A stretch of 57,544 nt of DNA, filler included, from Sphacelaria rigidula (GCA_964200075.2; 7 parts of 7 records of this genome joined end to end with filler, not necessarily neighbours in it); one strand, 5' to 3'; positions 37,288 through 50,464 are shown, counted from the whole stretch's first letter. Notes: generated by a model from the sequence alone, not told the origin. Made by a program: numbers and translations.

Positions 37288-40037
37288 AGCAACAGCAACA
37301 AGCGCCGTCAGGGCAGCCGGGGCAACAGGGGCAGCCGAGACCGTCGTCGTCATCGGTGCCTTCGGTTCCAACACCAGCGGTTCGGGTGCCGCCGCAAGCA
37401 CCCCCGCAACAGCATTTCCAGGCTCGACCCCCCTACGGCATGCCTGCCCAGCAGCAACACCACCCCATGTACCACCATGGCCAGCATCACCCTCAAATGG
37501 CAGGCATGCCGCCTATGATGTACCAGCAGCCTCCGTACGGCCGTCCACCGCCGATGGTACCTGGTGCGTTGCCACCGCGTCTTGCCCCGCCGCCAGTTGT
37601 CCCGGTGCCCCACGGGTGGACGGAGCACAAGGCCCCGGACGGGCGACCTTACTTCTATAACACAATAACTCGCGTAAGTACGTACGAAAGACCTGAGCAG
37701 CTCAAGTCACCGCAGGAGAAGGCTGCTGCTGCTCCCCAGATTGCAGCGCCCAAGGCGAGCCCCGTTGTAATCACCGCAGCCGCGACGTCAGCAGCACCGA
37801 CCACAGCCAAGAGTGTCTCGCCGGTGCCAGCTGCAACTCACCAACCCGCTGCCGTTGCCGCCGTAGCCGCTGTTGCGGCCCCAACTACCACCGCCACCAC
37901 CGCCGCTGCCCCCGCCGCTGCCACAACCACGGCCGCTCCCACCGCCGCCACCGCCGCCACCACCGCCGCCGCCGCCACCACCTCCGCAACAACCGCTGCC
38001 GCCGCCGTAGCCCCCGCTGCGGCGGTGCCTGCGGTTCCTCCGACGGTCACGGCTGTCCCTGTAGCTGCCCCTGCGGTGCCGAAACCAGTGGCGCCTGCAC
38101 CCGCGGCGCCCGTTGTGATCCCCAAGTGCAAGTGGAAGGCATACGATGGACCTGGCGGGCGGAAGTACTACAGCGACGGCAAGGCTTCTCTATGGGAAAA
38201 GCCGAAAGAGCTCAAGGAGTACGAGGCGGCCGTGGCCGCTGCCGCCGCGGCCGCCGCTAAGCTCTCTGCCTCCATCTCTGCGCAACCGGCTACTCAGTCA
38301 ACACCCAGCGGTGGTGAGGTCAAAGCCGGCTCATCGCCGATGCCTGCCGCGTCGGCTGCCGACAGAGGTGCTGCTGCTCCTGCCGTCTCTACTCCTGCTG
38401 CTTCAAGCACGGGGGTTGATGCCAAGGTCAATGAGAGTAATGGAGAACCGAAGCGTGAGCCTGAACCAGAGGTTGAGCTTGTAGGTTTCGGCGGGGCAAA
38501 TGGCGTGGCACTCAAGATTGTGAAGGATAGTCCACCCGCGTCTCCCGCCGTGAAAGACGAAAAGCAGTCGCCGAATCCCGCGCAGGCGAATGGCGGCGGT
38601 GCCGCTGTTGGAGGGAAAAAAAAGAAAGGGGCGTCGGCGGCCAGTGTTCCTGTGAAGGAGTACGAGACTGCTGAAGAGAAGAAGGAAGCTTTTGTCGAGA
38701 TGCTCAAGGAATGCGAAGTCACTAGTACCACAAAGGTGAGGCATTCGGCAGAACATGTGCGGGAACGTAGGGGCGCATGTCACGAGCTACAAGAAATGTA
38801 ATCGTCTTCGAAGATAAAAAAGGCGGAGGTGGTGGAGACGGTTGTGGATTTGTGTAGCGTAGCGTTGTCGCCATTTTTATAGGCCTAGGGGGTGGCTGTG
38901 TCCACGTTTTTGGATTGAAATGTCCATAGGACAGCTGCGTAGGGGTTGTCTCCGGTGGGAATACCGTTGATGTTGTTCCTCAACGAATAAGAACGTGTCT
39001 GGTGGACGTTCGTACCCGATTTCGGAGTAACGCATTTGCTGTTTCTCATTTTGCTGACTTTTTGTATATGAGGGAGCAGTGTTGATGAACGCGGGCGGTG
39101 ACTTTGAGGCAGTTAGGAAGTGGCCATGACTCACAAAACGCGCATTGCCCTTGTCTTGCAGTTAATACTCGCTAGAAGTGACTCACTCCTGCATGGTATC
39201 TCTGACGCCGTGTGCCCTCGACTCTTGTTGCACCCGTGTGGCCCTCGATTGTTTTTGCTTGTGTCATTATCCAGTGGCCTGAAACCCAGAGGTACTGCCA
39301 GTCGGATCCTCGCTGGGAACTCCTGAAAAAAGGAGCCCGTCGCCAGGTCTGGACGGAGTACCAAAATAAGAGGTGTGTTCCATCTCTGCATCTGGAGTGA
39401 TGATTTAGTTTTGTTATATTCCGCGTCTTTTCGAGTTCATCCCTCGAGTACACTTGCTGTGTCCGGTGTTGTAGCTGTTGTGACTGTGAATGTTGTTTGA
39501 AAAATGACCACGTGTGCGTTTCGATTTGGTTCAGGGTCGGTATCTCCAACAGGATCGTATTTTCAATACATGTATACATGTGACTTTACGACACATCACC
39601 TATCGCTACAACATCGGAGTGAATTCAACGTCAAATAATCGCGCGTCCATCGTATATTTTGCCACCTTGTACGGTACATGGTGCTGCAGCTTTCAACAAG
39701 CTCGCATTCAATTTGCCCCCCCCCCCCCCCCCCCCCCCATTCCGCGTTTGCGTTTCTTCTCTGTGTTGACACCCACAAACACCACGCAGCACCCACCCTT
39801 CAACTCGATGAGTGTAGGCGCAAGGAAGAGGCAGAAGAAAAGAGATCTAGGGCGAAAAAGGCGCGCATGGGTTTCATGAAGATGCTGGCGCAAAACACGC
39901 AGATAGACGGCCGCTCTCGGTGGAATGATGCCGAGCAGAGCCTGCGTGATGATCCTCGCTTCCAGGCCGTGCCTGATTCCTCCGATCGCGAAGACTTGTT
40001 TAACGAGTTCGTTGATGCTCTCACCAAGAAAGAAAAG
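34742..40037 (+). CDS. PRP40: Pre-mRNA-processing factor 40 (WW-WW-FF), 5' part; continues past the contig end
   Basis: Exons 34742-34744 (ATG|gtaagt), 36570-38735, 39275-39372 and 39818-40037 join in phase. WW1 [29 protein letters not shown]2 [25 protein letters not shown]1 [23 protein letters not shown]2 [31 protein letters not shown]. Pro-rich PPGA repeats and polyQ N-terminus. Confidence 0.9.
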
Positions 40038-41918
40038 GTTAGTTCGTCTGCGCGTAATGAGCTGTAGTAGACATACATGCATCGATCCGGTTCCTTGAGG
40101 ACTACTCCCAATGCTACCATATCCGTCCTCGTGTTTGTTGACCACTATTTGCTGATTCTGAATTGGGAGGACCATATGTATTTTTTTATGATAAATGGCG
40201 CGGAATGTTGACACCTGACTCAAGCGTTGAATATAGTAAGCTGTGATGACATTCTGTCGTTACGTGTTTGTTTCAAATCGTCTCGGGTTTCTTGTGTTGT
40301 GGTTCCGGTTTTCCCGCGAATGATGGGGTCCTTTCAATGATCCCAAACCAGACTCTCGATAAAGTGGGGCGACGGCTTCTTTTCCCAACAACTCTACTCG
40401 ACGAAAGAAGTTTCCGAACCGATTCTCATTACTCCGAAGAATGTGTGGTGGGTGTTATACCAAGACCGCCCCCCTCCCCTCTCCGCCCGCTCGCCCGCTC
40501 GCCCGTCCGCGCGATATTTGCCAACATTTTTTTTGCGTACGAAACAGTGGCCGTTGTACTGTCTGGTGCTTACGGCCATGTGTTGTCTGAACTGCGTATT
40601 TCCCCGTGTAGATGCACTGTACGGTGCGGCTGTGCTACATGTACTGGACAAGCATGTGCTGTAGCTGTGTGTATTGTCTGCACTTTTGCACAGTGGTGTC
40701 GGCTGCATTTTATCGTTGTATTGTTGCTGCACCGTGCACTGTGCTGTGCTACTCTTTTACTGTCTACACAGCTAGCTACGGGTTGTTTTACGGTAGTCGG
40801 TCTTGAGGAACCCCTTTCCGTTGTACTGCAATATATATCCGGGTTCGGGAACAGTGTACAGTAGTCAGCGTCAGAATTATGCAGAATCCGTAATTTCGTA
40901 GTTTCTCAAAGATTTTCCAAATTTGTTTTGCTTGCCACCGCTCACCACGGTGACCGTTGGATGCAAAAAAATGGGCATCCGGAGATATTTGAATCTTCTT
41001 GACAAATATTGAAAGTAAAATCATCTGCGATCAATCATGAGTGACTCACGGGCTTGACCGATCTTCGGGGGTCCTNNNNNNNNNNNNNNNNNNNNNNNNN
41101 NNNNNNNNNNNNNNNNNNNTTAATTAATTAANNNNNNNNNNNNNNNNNNNNNNNNNNNNNNNNNNNNNNNNNNNNAAAAAATTAAAAATAAAAAAATAAA
41201 AAGCTTTTATATAAAAATATTTAAAAAAAAAAAAAAAAAAAACGTCAGGGTTTTTTTTGCCAAAAAACTACCACATGACTGTGCAGGGCTTTGCCGACAA
41301 GCCTACACAGGGCTGTAAAAGCAACCCTGGGGAAAACCCTATCAAAACGCTACGAGGGGTACCGGTTTGTATTTCCACTGTCAGCGCTTTTCACAAAGAC
41401 TGTGGAGGACCCTGTACGGACCCTGCACAGTGCGCCCCACAGGGTGCTATCTGTCCACGGGTGAGTAGTGGAGGATGCTCCGTGGGCTGGAGGACACACA
41501 AGTCAGGCAAGAGTATTTCCGCGAAGTCTTCGAATCCTAGACCACATGACTCAAGTGGCGGCAGCGCCGCTAGTGTCAGGTGAGCCGCCAGACCCGCCAA
41601 AGTACGCGGCGAGGTATGGACCGAGGAAGCAAGAGAATTTCCGTCGCATTTCTCGATTACAAAGAGAGGTTGTACCTTAAAAATGCTCAAGAAGTTGTGA
41701 GGGATGCCACGGTGAGCATAGAGGTCAACTCATCCCTAGATATATTCATCGGTCCTCTGAAGGCATGTACAAGGACCGTCGTGCTATGACCCCAAGGAAT
41801 TGCTAGATGCTGTGAAGCAGCATGCCGGGTACACCACAACCGGTGGCAAACACAATATTGCGCGGCTGCCGCAGACCTGCGTAGAGTCCTTACAATGCAG
41901 AAAAGCGGTGGAACATCC

Positions 41919-42167
41919 GACGAGTGCCGAGATAGCCCCCCCACAAAAAGTGCACCGGAGACCGTCCAACAAACCGGCTGCGATCCCACTATGGGCTCGT
42001 TTGCAGCAATCTCGTCCACATGAGAAGCGTGTGGCAGTCCGAAATCAGCTATAACGCCTAAATGAGTCGCGTCGTGCAGCACGAAACCAGCTCGAATGGC
42101 ATTTATAATCATCGCCTCCGTGCACTTTTTCGGCCGGTTCGGGGGGGGGGCTATCTCGGCAGCAGTC
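41919..42167 (-). mobile_element. 249-bp GAC...GTC MITE copy 1, TSD ATCC
   Basis: TIRs gacgagtgccgagatagcccc / ggggctatctcggcagcagtc; ATCC at 41915-41918 and 42168-42171. Confidence 0.92.
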
Positions 42168-43741
42168 ATCCGTCAAGGATTGAGCGATGATGGTCAACTC
42201 ATCGATGGAAAAGCTTTTCGTTGAAAACCTCACGGTGCAAGCCATGTACCGTGCGGAGGAAGGGAGCTGGTTGCCAGGCCCGACCGAGTCGGTTTCCACA
42301 GCTTTGGTGGACGGACTTCGCCCCCGGGATTCAAGGCGTACGTTAGACACGTACTAACGTATGTAGACGGCTGGAAGAAGATCCAACGGTGGCTTCGACA
42401 AGACATTTGATGCCGCCGCCGACTGGAAGTTCATTGAGGCGCATGGCCGGCGCGATTCTGCGGCAAGTGCAGGTGGTGCGCGCCGCAAACAACAACAACA
42501 ACAGAAACAGCAGCCATCTTCGCGAGCGTCGTCCACTCGCGCATGTTACAATTATGATGGCAACGGACACCCGATGAAGGATTACCCCAAGCCTCGCATT
42601 CAAGGCGCTGCGCAAGGCAATGCGCGAGATTCATCAGGATCTCGGGGCGGTCGTCACGGTGGACAGGGCCGTGCCAACGACGGACGCGGGCGCGGCGGCC
42701 GCGGTAGCAGGCGATCGACGGCGGATGGTGGTTCCTCCGCTGTTGTTTCTTCTACTAAGTCATTAGGTGGTGACTCTGGATCTTTTGGTTCGTCCGTGTC
42801 GGGGCGGACAGTGTACGTGGGAAATGCAAATACTTCGGTGGGGAGTGGTGGAGCGAATAGGTCGCAACCCCTCGGCCAGGAAGGGTCCGTGTCTGGTGGA
42901 TTTTCTACTGCTGCGACACCCATAACAGCGCCGTCTGCATATTCGGTGACGTGGTCTGGCTGGACCAACGATTCATAATTTTCGATGCTAAATACTGGAG
43001 CGCAGCCCTGGCGTCAGGTGACTATTGGTACCGGCCAGGGTTCATCGGCAGCTATGGTGCCTGTCGATCGCAATGCAGGGTGTTTTCGCGCAGTTTTTTC
43101 CTCGCCTGGTTCTGTAGGTTCGTTCATGGCCCGCGTTATTCTGGATTCTGGGTCCGCGCTCACGTCGATTGGTGTGGGGTCGCTAGAACAAAATGTCTTC
43201 GCAGTTTTGCGGCGCTCAGCTGTATATTCCGTTCGAAAATGGACCACAAACGGCACAGACCGCCACGGGTGCTCCCGTGACGGTAATACAAAAAACGGTG
43301 CCGATTGCTGTTGGCTTGCGTACGCCGTGGGGGACTGTGGAGTTGCAGCCCATTACGTTCGCTGTCATTCCCGGTAGGGACAATGTGGTTCTGTCTGGGA
43401 TGACGACGATGAAGGAGCTTGGTATCGATTTGTATCCGCCGGCGTTGGATAAGTTACGCCAGCGTGCTGTGTCGGTGCAAACTGGCGTGGAAAACCCCAG
43501 CTATCTTGCTGCAAGGCGTGTAACCGTATCAATACGGTATTTCCAGAGCGCCAATGAGTAGGAGGCTCCTGCGGATGAAGCGGTGGAGTGCTTGGTTGAT
43601 CGGGGGCCCAAGATGTTTATGGACCCTGTGGAGGAGAGAGGTGCGAAAGAACGTGCCCTAGACGATAGCGTGCAGCAGGCCGAGCAGGAGGGCCTGAGCG
43701 CCGATGGTGCATATCGTATGCGTGATATTTTGGCTCGTCGC

Positions 43742-43990
43742 GACTGCTGCCGAGATAGCCCCCCCCCGAACCGGCCAAAAACGTGGATAGAAGCGATGAT
43801 CATGAACGCCGTTAGAGCTGGTTTCGTGCTGCACGATGCGACTCCTTTGGGCGTTAAAACTGATTTCGGACTGCTACGCGCCCTTCATGTGGATTAAATC
43901 GCTGCAAACGAGCCCAATAGTGGGATCGCAGCCGGTTTGTCGGACGGTCTCCGGTGCATTTTATGTGGGGGGACTATCTCGGCATTAGTC
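43742..43990 (+). mobile_element. 249-bp GAC...GTC MITE copy 2, TSD TCGC
   Basis: TCGC at 43738-43741 and 43991-43994; removal restores RDILARR-VDPFRRAL. Confidence 0.92.
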
Positions 43991-45525
43991 TCGCGTGGAT
44001 CCATTTCGTCGTGCACTGCGTTGTGATCCGCCAGCGCGCGTGGAGCCCACGAGGGTGCAGCTCAAGTCACAGGCGAAGGCTATGAAGACAAAGCCTCGTC
44101 GTTACGATCCGATGAAGACCGGGTGGCTTGCTTCATGCATCGCAGCTTTGGTGGCGTTTGGTTCGTTGGTTAAGAAGATTCAGACTGCGTAGACCAGTCC
44201 GGCGATGGTGGTGCCGAAGGGAGACACATTCCGCTTGGTCAGCGACTACCAGGCGGTGAACGCGCCTGTGGAACAGTCTCCGGAAGTGATGCCGAGCCAA
44301 GAAGACATGCGGAGGTCGCTGGAAGCCCAATGCTTCGGCAAGTTGGACCTGCTACAGGGGTATTGGTGGATGCCTCTGGCGGCGGAGGCTCAGGAGATCT
44401 TCACGATCGTCACCCCTGACGGTGTTTTCACGCCTACTCGTGTCCCACAGGGCGTGTTGAACGCCACGGTATATTTCCAAGGTGTGCTGACTGACATTTT
44501 GCGAGTATCAAACTGTAGACTGTGGGTGGATGATGTTTTCTGCTTTGCTGAAACTGAAGAAGCATTGTGAGCTTTGCTTGACAAAACTCTTGGCCGTCTA
44601 GAGAGTGTTGGTCTGTTCGTCGCTGCCTGCGCATAAGTGCACTTTTTCTGCCCGCTAGGTGGTTTGGTGTGGTGAGGTGTACTCCGAGGGTACTGTTTCG
44701 CATGATCCCGTCCGCATCCAAGGTTTGAGTAATATGCGACATCCTCAAACCGCTAGCGAGCTGATGCAGTTTCTGCAGGCGGTGAATTGGTTGCGGCCTT
44801 CGCTCCCGCGCATGGCGGAAGTAGTGGCGCTACTTCGTGTGTTGTTGGAACAACTTATGGTCGTAGGGGCTTCGCGTCAGACCAAGCGGGTCGCGCGTAA
44901 CCGTATCATCCCGGGGGAGGCTTGGACGGAGGATCGTGAGCGGGCGTGGCATGCTGCGCAAGATTTGGTTGTACAAGCGGTGCCGCTGTGTCATCCTCGT
45001 CCAGGGTACATTGTTCTGATGTTTTCAGATGCTTCGGATTTCTACTGCGGTAGTTCTTAAATGCAAGTACCTGTCGCCGAGTTTAGTAGTGGCATTGCGC
45101 TCGAAAACATGTCACACGAACCGTTGGCTCTTCTGAGTGGTAAATTCAACGGTTCACAGTTGCGGTGGGCAACGGTGGAAAAAGAAAGTTCCGCGATAGT
45201 CGATGCATTTCGAATGCTAGAGTGCTTGCTTAGGGGTGGTTTTCGCATTTTCACCGACCATTGCAATCTGAAATAGATTTTGAACCCCAAAGAGAGTGTC
45301 ACATCGGTAACGAAGGCCATGGCACAGCGGCTTGAAAATTGAAAAGGAGTGCTCGGCCAATATCGGTATGCCATTGAATGCATATATTCCTGTAGAGCGC
45401 AATTAAGTGTAACGAAGTGCAACCTGCTGCCGCGGTGTCTCGCGAAACCGAACGCAAGCTTGCTCAGGGCCAGGCTGTCTTGCCCAAGTTTGCAGTCGGA
45501 GATTTCGTATGGCATGCCCGTGTTC

Positions 45526-45774
45526 GACTGCTGCCGAAATAGCCCCCCCCCGAACCGGCCGAAAAAGTCCACGGAGGCGATGATCATAAATGTCGTTTGA
45601 ACTCGTTTCATGCTGCACGACGCTACTCATTTGGGCGTTACAGCTGATTTCGAACTGCTACACGTCTCTCATGTGGACGAAATTGCCGCAAATGACCTCA
45701 ATAGTGGGATCGCAGCTGATTTGGCGGACGATCCCCGGTGCACTTTTTGTGTGGGGCCTATCTCGGCATCAGTC
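45526..45774 (+). mobile_element. 249-bp GAC...GTC MITE copy 3, TSD GTTC
   Basis: GTTC at 45522-45525 and 45775-45778; removal restores PKFAVGDFVWHARV-RSQGVTPKLVFTWTGP. Confidence 0.92.
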
Positions 45775-46306
45775 GTTCGTAGCCAAGGTGTGACGCCCAA
45801 GTTGGTGTTCACATGGACAGGTCCTAGGCGAATGGTCGGAGCCGATCACGCTCACGTGTATTCGGTGCGGAAGGTTGTTTCGGGTGCCGTACACTCGGCC
45901 CATGTCGCTCGTTTGCGCTACTATGCCGACTCGCAGTCGCACATCACTGCGGAATATATATATATATATATATTTAAGCATTCGTATGCTCAAGGTGAAT
46001 GTCGGATAAATGCTTTGGTGCACGTTGCTGAGGATGACAATAGTGATGCCATTGTTTTGGTCGATTGGGACGGGTTCGGTTCGGAAGAACGTACGTGGGA
46101 GTTTCTTCGCAGGATTCATTCTTCTACGCCTGAAATTGTTTTGAAGGAACCGCGTAAACTGCGGTTGACTCCGGAGCTGACAAGTAAATTAGCGTCGGAG
46201 TATGTTTTATTTTTCGTGATCTGGCGCATGCGATTTTGCCTTGGTTTTTTTTTGGTTGTCAAGCTCGTTCGTCTGTCTTGAACTCGCTTTGAGGATGCTG
46301 TAGTCA

Positions 46307-46373
46307 CACGGGTGGCCACTGAGGTCTGTAACGTCCAAATTTGAGGTTACAGACACCCCAGTGGCGACCCGTG
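46307..46373. mobile_element. Tiny CACG...CGTG MITE with CA flanks (internally deleted relative to 50608-50718)
   Basis: cacgggtggccactgagg / ccccagtggcgacccgtg; shares gtctgtaacgtccaaatttgag with the 50.6-kb copy. Confidence 0.7.
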
Positions 46374-47199
46374 CAAATAATGATACCAAGCCGTAGGTTT
46401 CAGTATAATCGCATGCATGATTGGAGCAGTGGCAGGAGACAGGGGATCCTGGATTAATGGCCCTTACCTGTGTGGCCCCTTGCTGTCTGGCTCGTGATCT
46501 GTTGAGGATCACTCCGTGATAATAGCAAGTTAGAAGTATTTTACTTTCCCCTCCAGCCTCGGCCCGAGCGCTGAGGCCGGGTTGGGCTGGCTGACGGCAG
46601 CGACCCAAGTAGAGACGAAGCAATTTGGCTAGTACGGAATATCCGTGACATCTCCTGTCAGTCTACTTCGTGCCACGCCCGTGCGGCAGCTGGATTACTC
46701 CTCATCCCACGTACCCCTGCTCGTGCAAGCCATACGGTGGTTATCACCCGTGAGACAGTCGATACCTTCCCCCGGTCGTAGACCCGAACCGCCGTCACCG
46801 GGTATAGGACAACTAAGGCAGCGACCCCTGGAAAAGTACAATACTCGTCTTGTGCGGAGATTACCTCCTACTATCCAACTGCTACGCACCACAGTGTAGT
46901 GGGTTTGAATGCTCATTGCACCAGCGCCACTGACTACACCATACGGTGTTTACCACCCGTAAACGTGCTGCTACATGATGATGATACCGGAACAAGCCCT
47001 ACCCCTGCCGGAAGGGGCCGCTAACCCGACTACTCATCGCCACCGCCGAAAGTAGTGTTACCGTAGCTCTGAGGGCAGACAGCGGCGTGCGTGTAAGCAT
47101 AAAGATCGACATGATGGAGGTCGACGTGCGCGAGGTCCGCTGAACCTCATGCAGGAACAGATAGGTATGAACCGGCGTGGGCAGAAGAGTGCGTGGAAA

Positions 47200-49310
47200 C
47201 GGAAAATTGTAGCATACAAACGCTGGATCAGACACCAGAAAGAAAGCGGCAGAGAAAAATGATTGAAGAGAAAGAGGAAGAACCAGCTCGACGAGCCGAC
47301 AAAGCTTAGGCTCACACCAATCGTACTGCCGCAAGGACGGAGGCTCGATCCAAAGAGCTGATCGTGGCCACGTGGAATGTACGCACCATGACCGAGAGAG
47401 ACTTCAACGGCACAGGCCACGCAGAGGACCTACTGCTTTTTGCGTCCAATTACAACTGTGATTTCGTCGCCCTCCAAGAAACCCGTCGCGATGGACGAAC
47501 AACCTTTCACGCACCGGCAGCAGGCTACTTAGTTCATTGCAGCGGCTACTGCCATGGAGACGGGGGGAATCCGAGAATGCTCGGAATCGGCCTTGCTATC
47601 AAGGAGTCTACCGCCAACACACTGGGTCTAGATGCCATCACTCCCGAACACGTTAGTGCCAGGGTCCTGAAGGTACGAGCAGCTTTCCGGCATAGAGTTG
47701 CCACAACCTTCATTGTAGGGTATGCTCCTACTGAGACAGCACAAGGTTCTGATAAGACCACGTTCTGGAAAACTTTCTGTAGTTCCATCGCTGAAGTGCC
47801 GGCCAACGAGCACCAAGTACTAATGATGGATGCCACTGCTCGTACCGGAAAGAGAGAAGTAGAAGGCATGGGTGACGCTCGGCTATTGGGAGAGTATGGC
47901 AGAGACACCCGGAACGATAATGGTAGACGCCTCCTGAAATGCGCCGCGGAAAATAAAATGGTCATCACCAACACATTTTTTCGCACACCAACTCGCGGGG
48001 AAAGCTCGACCGCGTACACATATGCGGGGCCGAAGGTCGAACACCGCGGGCGCCTGAACTACATCCTCGTACGTCAGCAAGACCGCAGACTCGTGCAAAA
48101 TGTCACGGTGCACCCCGAGATGAAATCGGACCATCGTCTGGTCTCTGCCGCCATCCGTTTCCGTGGACGGAACGCCCCCAACCGCCAACCGCAACCGAGA
48201 GGTGGGGATAGGGGAGTGCGTTTCGACCGCCAAGCCCTCGCATCCGACCGAAGCTGGAGAGCTACTGTTGCACAGGTCATTGTCGTTAAGCTCCCAAATG
48301 CCACTGACTCCCCCGCAGTAATGGACGTCAACCACATGTCATCTACCTTCACCAACGCCCTGTGACAGACGGCCGCAGATACTCTCCCCCGATGCCCCAA
48401 GAAAACCCCATCTAGAGGTTTCAGTGAGTCATCTCAAGCTCAGGACCGCCTCTGAAAGGCACGGGATCTCCTGGAAAGTGTATGGAAAAAACAACGAGCA
48501 AATCCCAAAGACATCGTCCTGAAGAAGTCGCTGAAGGTGACGAACAAGGCGTTTAAGCGGGTGAAGAATGCTGAGCTGCAGAACGTCGTCCATGAGTTCA
48601 CAGTCCGGACCGCGGACTTTGTTCGCAAGAAGGATCAAGCAGGACTGTAGCAGCATATAAGTCCTTGGAACTGGAAGGAAAGAAGCAGAGCGACTCAACC
48701 TACGTCCGGAGCGCGACTGGCGAGCTGTTGCGAGACAAGCAAGCTATCCTGCAACGATGGAAGGGATGGTTTGACACACTGCTGAACACAACCTCACCTA
48801 CAATCGATCGCTCTGTCATCGATTTCATCGAACAGCTGCCAGAGCACACACCGCTCGCGGCGGAGCCCTCGACGGTAGAAGCGAAGCAAACGGTGGGCAA
48901 ACTGGCGGACGGTAAGGCCGTTGGGACGGACGACATCTGTGGTGCACTGTTAAAGCTCGGCCGCACCGAAGACTCTATCATCCTGAAGTGCCTCCACGAC
49001 ATCGTGCTCACTGTGTGGCGTCAGGAACTTGTACCGCAAGAGTGGAAAGACACTATCATCAAAGTGCTCATCAAGAAACAGGACCCCTACGAATGCGGCA
49101 ACTACCGCGGTATTTCTCTCGGGTCCCATGCGAGCAAGGTGGTGCTCAAGATAGTTGCGACTCGCCTCAGTGCCTACTGCGAGTGGAAGGGAATCCTCCC
49201 AGAAGCGCAATACGGTTTCCGACCTGGCCGTTCCACAGTCGACATGATGTTCGTTGTACGCAGACTCCAAGAACTGGCCCGAGAGAAGAATATTCCTCTG
49301 TATATGTGCT
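47200..49310 (+). mobile_element. Non-LTR retrotransposon (LINE, RTE-like): APE endonuclease plus N-terminal RT, disrupted and truncated by contig end
   Basis: APE motifs VATWNVRT, VALQETR, GYAPT, NDNGRRLL, TNTFF, SDH (47364-48365). RT motifs [38 protein letters not shown] (48665-49310). Stops at 48363 and ~48648. Confidence 0.92.
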
Positions 49311-49639
49311 NNNNNNNNNNNNNNNNNNNNNNNNNNNNNNNNNNNNNNNNNNNNTTAATTAATTAANNNNNNNNNNNNNNNNNNNNNNNNNNNNNNNNNN
49401 NNNNNNNNNNGGGTACGAATCTCGCGAAGAACTGGGATTTTTTCTCACACCGTGCTGAACAGTGAAAAGGGATCATGTCGTGAGTACAAAAAGCTCGACT
49501 TCACGGTCGATAAGCGAAGGGACCGCTGAACCCTTCACGCGGTAAAATGAAAGGCAAGCAACGCAAAAGGAAAGTGGAGTGCTCCAAGGGAAGAAGAAAA
49601 ACGGCTGCGTTGGCATTCCTCTGTGTGACCCCGGCTGAT

Positions 49640-49990
49640 GCGCCTACATGTACCGAACGATGCACACGCGGCCATTTGGCTACACCCCAAAATGTCTCCG
49701 GAGGGATGCGCGGCCCTACAGGGGGAACACAAGCCTCCGGAGGCTTTCCATTCCTCTAGAGGAGACCAAACTCTACCGACCCGGAGGGCCGCGCACCCCT
49801 CCGGAGGAACGTGGGGGTATGAGCGGCCCTCCGTAGGCAAGAATAAGCCTCCGGGGGCGTTCAACCCCTCTGTAGTGAAAAACAAATCTCCTCTGGAGGG
49901 TCGCGCACCCCTCCGGAGGTGTTTAATTCCTCTGGAGGCTCGAAAAGTGTACCCACCTGGAGAAAGTTTGGAGGTAGCCGAATGGCCGCC
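49640..49990. repeat. Cluster of CCTCCGGAGG palindromic motifs (TE subterminal-like); part homologous to 8542-8590 inverted
   Basis: Repeated cctc(c/t)ggagg; the reverse complement of 49665-49710 matches catccctccggag.cattttgggg.gtagccaaatggccgc at 8542. Confidence 0.6.
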
Positions 49991-50229
49991 TGTGTGTAGA
50001 CTGACGTCCAGAATAGACGCGATGACAACACACACAGCGTGTTGACATTACTGATAGAAATAGCACGAGTATTCATCAGTTCTGTACAAAATCGAAATCT
50101 TAGTGTTCGACACAAACAAAATTTCGAAAAATGGAGGGGAAGCGGACAGGTGCAAGGGCAGTAAGGGGGCGAGCGTAGGGGCATGATGCCAACAAACACA
50201 CGTCGCCCGTGTACTATAGAGTGATGCTA

Positions 50230-50464
50230 CGGTAGGGGTACATGAATAATTTCTGAGGTTAGAATTGTTAGGAGCCCCTCATCTCATCCAAAACACGTCT
50301 TATGAAAATTTGCGAGAGTACGCCAGGATTACTATTCCGATGTGCTGGGGATTTCCCGGATAAATCTGCAAACGGGGATGCCCTTGCTCATATTCTTGTG
50401 CGCCTAGAATCGTTAGGAGCCCCTGCACCAGACAAAATTTCGCGAAAAAAGTGCATCCCTACCG
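50230..50464. mobile_element. Tc1/mariner-like MITE with TA flanks
   Basis: ta|cggtaggg..ccctaccg|ta, with an internal duplicated ttagaat.gttaggagcccct. Confidence 0.6.

Larger units (their letters stand above)
41420..46210 (+). mobile_element. Decayed chromodomain-bearing Ty3/Gypsy element (gag, protease, RT, RNase H, integrase C-terminus plus chromodomain; integrase core absent)
   Basis: Protease VILDSGSALT; RT VVPKGDTFRLVSDYQAVN..FGKLDLLQGYWWMPL..PQGVLNA..LWVDDV; RNase H MFSDAS..RWATVEKE..IFTDHCNL; FAVGDFV..KLVFTWTGP; chromodomain VLVDWDGFGSEERTWE. Numerous stops. Confidence 0.9.

Noticed and set aside
36154..38783. Long antisense and alternative-frame ORFs over PRP40
   Set aside because: Shadows of GC-rich low-complexity coding sequence.
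43742..43990. The 249-bp MITE has a nearly open 83-codon frame (DCCRDSPPPNRPK..) and an AG near its end, suggesting a small protein or an introner
   Set aside because: Differences between copies show no third-position bias and include stops and indels. No GT-AG pair would remove the element and restore the host frame.
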